Assembly (NCBI GenBank): GCA_964407495.1 | Contig: CAYOVP010000001.1 | Location: forward strand, 11,829-75,828 | DNA from: an uncultured Thermodesulfobacteriota bacterium | GTDB taxonomy: Bacteria; Desulfobacterota; GWC2-55-46; JADFVP01 | DNA: 64,000 nucleotides | Direction: 5' to 3' | Part shown: positions 59,354-64,000 of the stretch, piece by piece | Layout: the number at the start of each line of letters is the position of its first letter | Numbering within the stretch: the first letter of the stretch is position 1 | Position numbers and translations under genes: made by a program | Notes under the pieces: model-generated | What the model saw: only the letters and a program-made list of their open reading frames with translations | What the model was told of the DNA's origin: nothing | The model's database searches: none

Positions 59354-62074
59354 ATGGGGGTTGCAATGGAAAGAGATCCTGTCTGTGGCATGACCGTCGA
59401 CCCCGCCAAGGCCGCAGGCTCATTCGTCTACAAGGGTACTACCTACTACTTCTGCAACGTGAAGTGCAGGGAGAGGTTTGCGGCCTCGCCCCGGGATTTT
59501 CTCCACGCAGAGCCTGCGAGCATCTCAGGCCCGAGGGGGGGTGAGGGAGGAGGCGCGGCCAGGAAAGGGCCGCCTGCGCCTACGAGGAAAGGTATCGTGC
59601 CTGGCAAGGAAGGCCCCAAGGCTCAGGCCCTGACGCTCCCCCTTACGGGCATGAACTGCGCCTCCTGCGCCGCGAAGATAGAAAAGGCCCTTGCCGGGGT
59701 TCCCGGTGTCCTCAAGGCCTCGGTGAATTTTGCCGCAGAAAAGGCCTCTCTGGAGTATGACCCATCGGTCGTAGACGGAAAGGACCTCGTCTCTGTTGTA
59801 GAGGGCCTTGGCTACGGCGTACTTGCCTCGCGGATCACACTGCAGATAGGCGGCATGAACTGCGCCTCCTGCGCAGCAAAGATAGAAAAGGCCCTTGCCA
59901 GGGTCCCCGGTGTCCTCAAGGCCTCGGTGAACTTTGCGGCAGAGGAGGCGAGTGTGGAGTTCATGCCAGGTGAGGCAGGCATCGAGGCCATGAAGGCCGC
60001 GGTGACTGGCATAGGCTACAAGGTCATAGATACAGGTGGCGGGCAGGATGCCCTTCAGAAGAAGGAAGAAGCCCGCCTCAGGGAATACAGGGACCTTAGG
60101 CGCAAGATCGTAGTAGGCGCCCTCCTCTCCATCTCCATCCTCCTAATGACCCATCCGGGTCTTACGGGCCTCGACCGCGCCTTTGGTCTTAAGCGCGGCA
60201 CCTGGTTCTTCATCCAATTTCTCTTCGCACTACCCGTGCAGTTCTGGTGCGGCTGGCAGTTCTATGCCGGCGCAATCGCCTCAGCGCGTCACAGGACTAC
60301 GGACATGAACACCCTCATCGCCCTGGGTACGTCCTCGGCCTTCATATACAGCATGGCCGCCACCTTTGCCCCCTGGCTGTTTACCTCCAGCGGCTTTACA
60401 CCAGAGGTCTACTACGATACTTCGGCCATCATCATAGTCCTCATACTCACGGGGCGTCTTCTCGAGGCACGTGCAAAGGGCAGGACCGGCGCGGCCATAA
60501 AAAAACTCATGGGCATGCGCGCAAGGACGGCCCGCGTGGTACGCGCGGGAGTGGAGCAGGAGGTCCCTGTGGAGGAGGTCGTGCCCGGAGACATAGTCCT
60601 CGTGAGGCCGGGCGAGAAGATACCCGTGGACGGCAAGGTAATAGAGGGGCACTCCACTGTGGACGAGTCCATGATAAGCGGCGAGTCCATGCCAGTGGAA
60701 AAGAAAGAAGGTGATACTGTTATAGGCGCTACTCTGAACGGCAACGGGTCTTTCAGGTTCCGTGCCGAGAAGGTGGGTAAAGACACGGCACTTGCCCAGA
60801 TAATCCGCATGGTGGAGGAGGCCCAGGGCTCCAAGCCCCCCATAGCACGGCTTGCCGACCAGATAGCCTCGTACTTTGTCCCAGTGGTCATCGGTATCGC
60901 GGTCCTGACCTTCATCGTCTGGTACTTCTTTGGGCCCCAGCCCTCTCTTACATACGCAATGCTCAACTTCGTGGCAGTGCTCATAATAGCCTGTCCCTGC
61001 GCACTGGGGCTCGCCACCCCTACGTCCATCATGGTGGGTACGGGCCGCGGCGCCGAGAACGGTATACTGATAAAAGGGGGCGAGGCCCTGGAGACGGCCC
61101 ATAAACTCACGGCCATAGTCCTCGACAAGACAGGCACACTCACAGAGGGCAGACCCTCTGTGACAGACGTCATCGCCTCGGAGGGCTTTACAGAGGACGA
61201 TGTTCTCATGTACTCGGCCTCTTCCGAGAAGGCCTCGGAACACCCCCTTGGCGAGGCCATTGTGCGCGGGGCCGAGGAAAGGGGCCTTGATCTCGTGAGG
61301 CCGGAAAAGTTTGTTGCAGTGCCTGGCCGGGGCATACGGGCCACCCTGAGGGGCAGGGAAGTGCTCCTTGGCAACGAGGCCTTCATGAGAGATGAGGGCC
61401 TGGAACCGTCCAGTCTCCTTGAGAGCGCAAAGAGGCTTGCAGGCGAGGGAAAGACGCCCATGTTCGTGGCAGTCGATGGCCGCACCGCAGGCCTGGTGGC
61501 AGTTGCGGACAAACTCAAGCCTCACTCCAAGGAGGCAGTTGCCGAACTAAGGAAAATGGGCCTCGAGGTCGTCATGATAACGGGAGACAACAGGAGGACA
61601 GCCGAGGCCATTGGCAGGCAGATAGGGCTTACGAGGGTGCTGGCCGAGGTCCTACCAGGGGACAAGGCCCATGAGGTGAGGAAACTCCAGAGAGAGGGCA
61701 GGATTGTGGCCATGGTGGGCGACGGGATCAACGACGCCCCTGCCCTTGCGCAGGCAGACGTGGGCATAGCCATAGGAACAGGTACGGACGTTGCCATGGA
61801 GGCCTCGGATATTACACTCATAGGCGGAGACCTGCGCGCCATCGTTACAGCCATTGCCCTCAGCAGGGCTACTATCCGCAATATACGCCAGAACCTCTTC
61901 TGGGCCTTTTTCTACAATACAATACTAATACCCCTTGCCGCTGGTGCGCTCTATCCGTCCTTCGGCATACTCCTGAGCCCCATATTCGCCGCCGCGGCCA
62001 TGGGACTCTCTTCCGTGACCGTGGTCTCCAATGCCCTTCGCCTGCGGTGGTTCAGCCCACCGGCCATTACTTGA
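59354..62074 (+). CDS. copA: Copper-translocating P1B-type ATPase CopA with N-terminal YHS domain and two HMA domains
   Basis: [21 protein letters not shown]. Two [18 protein letters not shown] motifs. CPC ion-channel motif ([12 protein letters not shown]), DKTGTLT phosphorylation site, [10 protein letters not shown] motif (SEHPLGEAI). Confidence 0.95.
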   Translation: MGVAMERDPVCGMTVDPAKAAGSFVYKGTTYYFCNVKCRERFAASPRDFLHAEPASISGPRGGEGGGAARKGPPAPTRKGIVPGKEGPKAQALTLPLTGMNCASCAAKIEKALAGVPGVLKASVNFAAEKASLEYDPSVVDGKDLVSVVEGLGYGVLASRITLQIGGMNCASCAAKIEKALARVPGVLKASVNFAAEEASVEFMPGEAGIEAMKAAVTGIGYKVIDTGGGQDALQKKEEARLREYRDLRRKIVVGALLSISILLMTHPGLTGLDRAFGLKRGTWFFIQFLFALPVQFWCGWQFYAGAIASARHRTTDMNTLIALGTSSAFIYSMAATFAPWLFTSSGFTPEVYYDTSAIIIVLILTGRLLEARAKGRTGAAIKKLMGMRARTARVVRAGVEQEVPVEEVVPGDIVLVRPGEKIPVDGKVIEGHSTVDESMISGESMPVEKKEGDTVIGATLNGNGSFRFRAEKVGKDTALAQIIRMVEEAQGSKPPIARLADQIASYFVPVVIGIAVLTFIVWYFFGPQPSLTYAMLNFVAVLIIACPCALGLATPTSIMVGTGRGAENGILIKGGEALETAHKLTAIVLDKTGTLTEGRPSVTDVIASEGFTEDDVLMYSASSEKASEHPLGEAIVRGAEERGLDLVRPEKFVAVPGRGIRATLRGREVLLGNEAFMRDEGLEPSSLLESAKRLAGEGKTPMFVAVDGRTAGLVAVADKLKPHSKEAVAELRKMGLEVVMITGDNRRTAEAIGRQIGLTRVLAEVLPGDKAHEVRKLQREGRIVAMVGDGINDAPALAQADVGIAIGTGTDVAMEASDITLIGGDLRAIVTAIALSRATIRNIRQNLFWAFFYNTILIPLAAGALYPSFGILLSPIFAAAAMGLSSVTVVSNALRLRWFSPPAIT

Positions 62075-62101
62075 AAATGATATGAAAGGAAAGGAGGTCT
62101 C

Positions 62102-62446
62102 ATGGACAACATAAGACATCACAGCATCAAGTTCAGGGAGTACGGCGACAAACTCAAGGACCCCGCCGGCGCCATCAAGAGGCTCAATGGGGTGCGGAGA
62201 GTTGAGATAGACCCCGAGAAGAAAGAGGTCTTCGTGGAGTACGACCTCCTCAAGTGCACTGAGGCCGATATAGAGAAAAAGATGATAGACGAGGGGTTTG
62301 TACTCGATAGTAGCCTTGGCGAGAGGCTCAAGAGGGGCTGGCTTCATTATAGCGAGGAGAACGAACGCGAGGCCATGCGCGCCGAGCCCAGGCCCTGTTG
62401 CACAGTGGATGAAAAAAAAGAGACCCACGACGAGCCCATGGATTAG
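62102..62446 (+). CDS. Small hypothetical protein (114 aa), possibly a ferredoxin-like/HMA-like fold lacking the canonical CxxC
   Basis: AGGAGG SD before the ATG; follows copA by 27 nt. Segment ..AIKRLNGVRRVEIDPEKKEVFVEYD.. resembles the HMA beta-alpha-beta pattern but without GMxCxxC. Single CC near the C-terminus. Confidence 0.45.
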   Translation: MDNIRHHSIKFREYGDKLKDPAGAIKRLNGVRRVEIDPEKKEVFVEYDLLKCTEADIEKKMIDEGFVLDSSLGERLKRGWLHYSEENEREAMRAEPRPCCTVDEKKETHDEPMD

Positions 62447-62611
62447 CGGCCCGCCGAGGTATGGTGGAAGATAGAACGGACGCCCTTATGATCTTTAAAC
62501 CAGATGGTCATGGTCCGCCTTCCTTTGTGGGCCTTTTATGAGTAACTATGCCTGAGATGGCGAGAAAAGCCAACCCTTTTACTTTAATGTAACAGAAAGT
62601 TTTTCAATTGG

Positions 62612-62640
62612 TTGACTATTGTTCAGCAACATAGTAGAAT
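62612..62640 (+). promoter_or_regulatory. Near-consensus sigma70 promoter TTGACT-17-TAGAAT preceding a ~160-nt leader
   Basis: Read directly; located in an AT-rich stretch upstream of the partial gene at 62803. Confidence 0.55.
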
Positions 62641-62802
62641 CTAAAAAAATTCAATAAATTGTCCCACATTTTGTCTTTTTGTGGTTCTTCCTCGTGGGAA
62701 TTCCGATCATATGGCGGTCTCAGTCCTCTCGACAGGTGGCAAGATGGAGGGCCTCTTTTTTCATTCCTAAAAGGTTGATCAGCAGTACCAAAGAGGTTTT
62801 TT

Positions 62803-64000
62803 GATGGGCAATGGATACTCCGTAGACCCTGAGAAGGTGGATCCCGAACATGCCGTGGAGATAGCGCCACGCATCTGGTGGGTGGGTCAGGAACTCCAGG
62901 ACGACGAGTTCCAGTGCCACGTATATCTCATCGAGCATGGTGACCAGTCCGTTCTCATAGACCCTGGCTCGGTTCTCACCTTCAAGGATACGCTACGTAA
63001 GGTAGAGGAGATAATCCCCTTCTCCAGTATACGCTACTTCATCTGTCACCACCAGGACCCTGATATCACCGGTGCCCTTGGCCTCATAGAAGACCTCGTG
63101 ACACGTGATGACGCCTGCATCATTACTCACTGGCGGGCGAACGTCCTCCTAAAGCATTACGACCTCCGCCTCCCTATCTGGCTCATTGACGCACATGACT
63201 GGTGCCTCGACCTCGGAGGCCGTGAACTCAAGTTCATCTTCACCCCCTATCTTCACTTCCCAGGCGCCTTCTGCACCCTCGACAAGAAGAGCGGAATCCT
63301 ATTCTCCAGCGACCTCTTCGGCGGTTTTGGCGGGGAGTTCTCCCTCTTCGCAAGGGATGTGGAGACCTGTTTTGACCCCATCAAGACCTTTCACGAACAT
63401 TACATGCCTGGAAAGGACATCCTCAGGCATTCGCTCCAGATCCTCGAGAAAGAACCCATACGCATGATAGCACCGCAACATGGCTCCATCATACCAGGCC
63501 CCCTCGTGAGGCCCATTATCGAGCGCCTGAAAGGACTGGAGTGCGGTCTATACCTCATGGCAAGGTCTGACACAGACTTACAACGCCTCATCCACCTGAA
63601 CCACATACTCAAGAGGTTCATGAAGTCCATGGTCCTGTACCGGGACTTCGGGGACATGGCCAGAAACCTCATCTCTCTGGCAAGAGAGGTCCTCCCTGTG
63701 GAGGATATAGAGTTCTTCGTCCAGGGAGATGAAGATGAGGGTGTCATGCATTTTCATGCCAGGAACCGCTACCACGGAGAGCCCGTGGACCCACCCTCTT
63801 TTTTCAGTGACCTCGATGGCCGCGTGCTTGGAGGCCAAGGCCAGGAAAAGACCGGGCAGGCAAGGGACTATGAGTGGTTGAGGGTGGAGCGTGATGGAGA
63901 GGAGAAACTGGCGCTGCTGCTGCCGCTGCGCACAAAGAGGCCGGGTATCACGAAGGCGGCCTCGCTCCTCATATTATCGCGCCCAACGGAGATAAGCGAC
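62803..64000 (+). CDS. Metallo-beta-lactamase-fold protein, flavodiiron/ODP-like N-terminal domain plus additional C-terminal domain (3' end outside window)
   Basis: Open frame from ATG 62803 to the window end (absent from the ORF track only because no stop falls in the window). ..RIWWVGQELQDDEFQCHVYLIEHGDQSVLIDPG...FICHHQDPDITGAL.. resembles the FDP/ODP-type MBL core (VYWVG..YLI.....LIDT; HxHxDH-like block). Confidence 0.6.

Overview
This 64 kb window is high-GC (about 60%) and gene-dense, almost entirely coding on the + strand. It reads like a chromosome from an environmental Gram-negative bacterium with affinities to Deltaproteobacteria or Nitrospirota. I cannot assign the taxon from sequence alone. 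I found no rRNA, tRNA, CRISPR array, transposase or integrase.

In order along the window:
- Housekeeping block (1-12.3 kb): a Zn-dependent alcohol dehydrogenase, nadK and recN (coupled), a GNAT acetyltransferase, a TldD/PmbA protease, a Crp/Fnr regulator, an M23 peptidase, secA and argJ.
- Orphan HEPN protein at 12.4 kb with no nucleotidyltransferase partner.
- Type IV pilus island (12.9-29.7 kb): pilD; a sensor kinase and sigma54-dependent regulator (PilS/PilR-like); a near-consensus sigma54 promoter; four minor-pilin genes, two of them unusually large (a 1071-aa PilW-like protein with FN3 repeats and a 557-aa PilX-like protein); a small XRE HTH gene; and pilMNOPQ. PilQ is 1145 aa, with three AMIN domains and a roughly 270-aa acidic low-complexity linker.
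- A convergent B12-binding radical SAM gene.
- c-di-GMP and two-component signalling block (32-41 kb): a GGDEF-EAL protein, a Cache-type histidine kinase, a stand-alone receiver, and a 1227-aa receiver-PAS/GAF-HD-GYP protein.
- Superoxide dismutase, a cysteine-rich lipoprotein, a hotdog thioesterase and a beta-carbonic anhydrase.
- A complete mercury operon, merR-merT-merP-(35-aa ORF)-merF-merA. It has a textbook MerR promoter with a 19-bp spacer and dyad, and merR is co-transcribed as the first gene.
- A Kelch/TPR lipoprotein convergent with two c-type cytochromes.
- Copper/silver island (50.9-64 kb): a leaderless, cysteine-free BlaI/CopY-family repressor; cusC, cusB (Met-rich tail) and cusA; a P-II-like gene; a periplasmic YHS protein; a membrane protein with a His8 tail; copA; a small hypothetical protein; and a partial metallo-beta-lactamase-fold protein.

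The most unusual sequence-level observations are:
- A TTCTAC-N5-GTAGAA dyad inside the repressor's own sigma70 promoter spacer, repeated as a perfect 14-bp-arm hairpin just upstream of cusC.
- A family of near-identical palindromic intergenic elements after secA, between cusB and cusA, and after merA.
- A translationally coupled 35-aa CxxxC peptide inside the mer operon.
- The enlarged FN3-bearing minor pilins.
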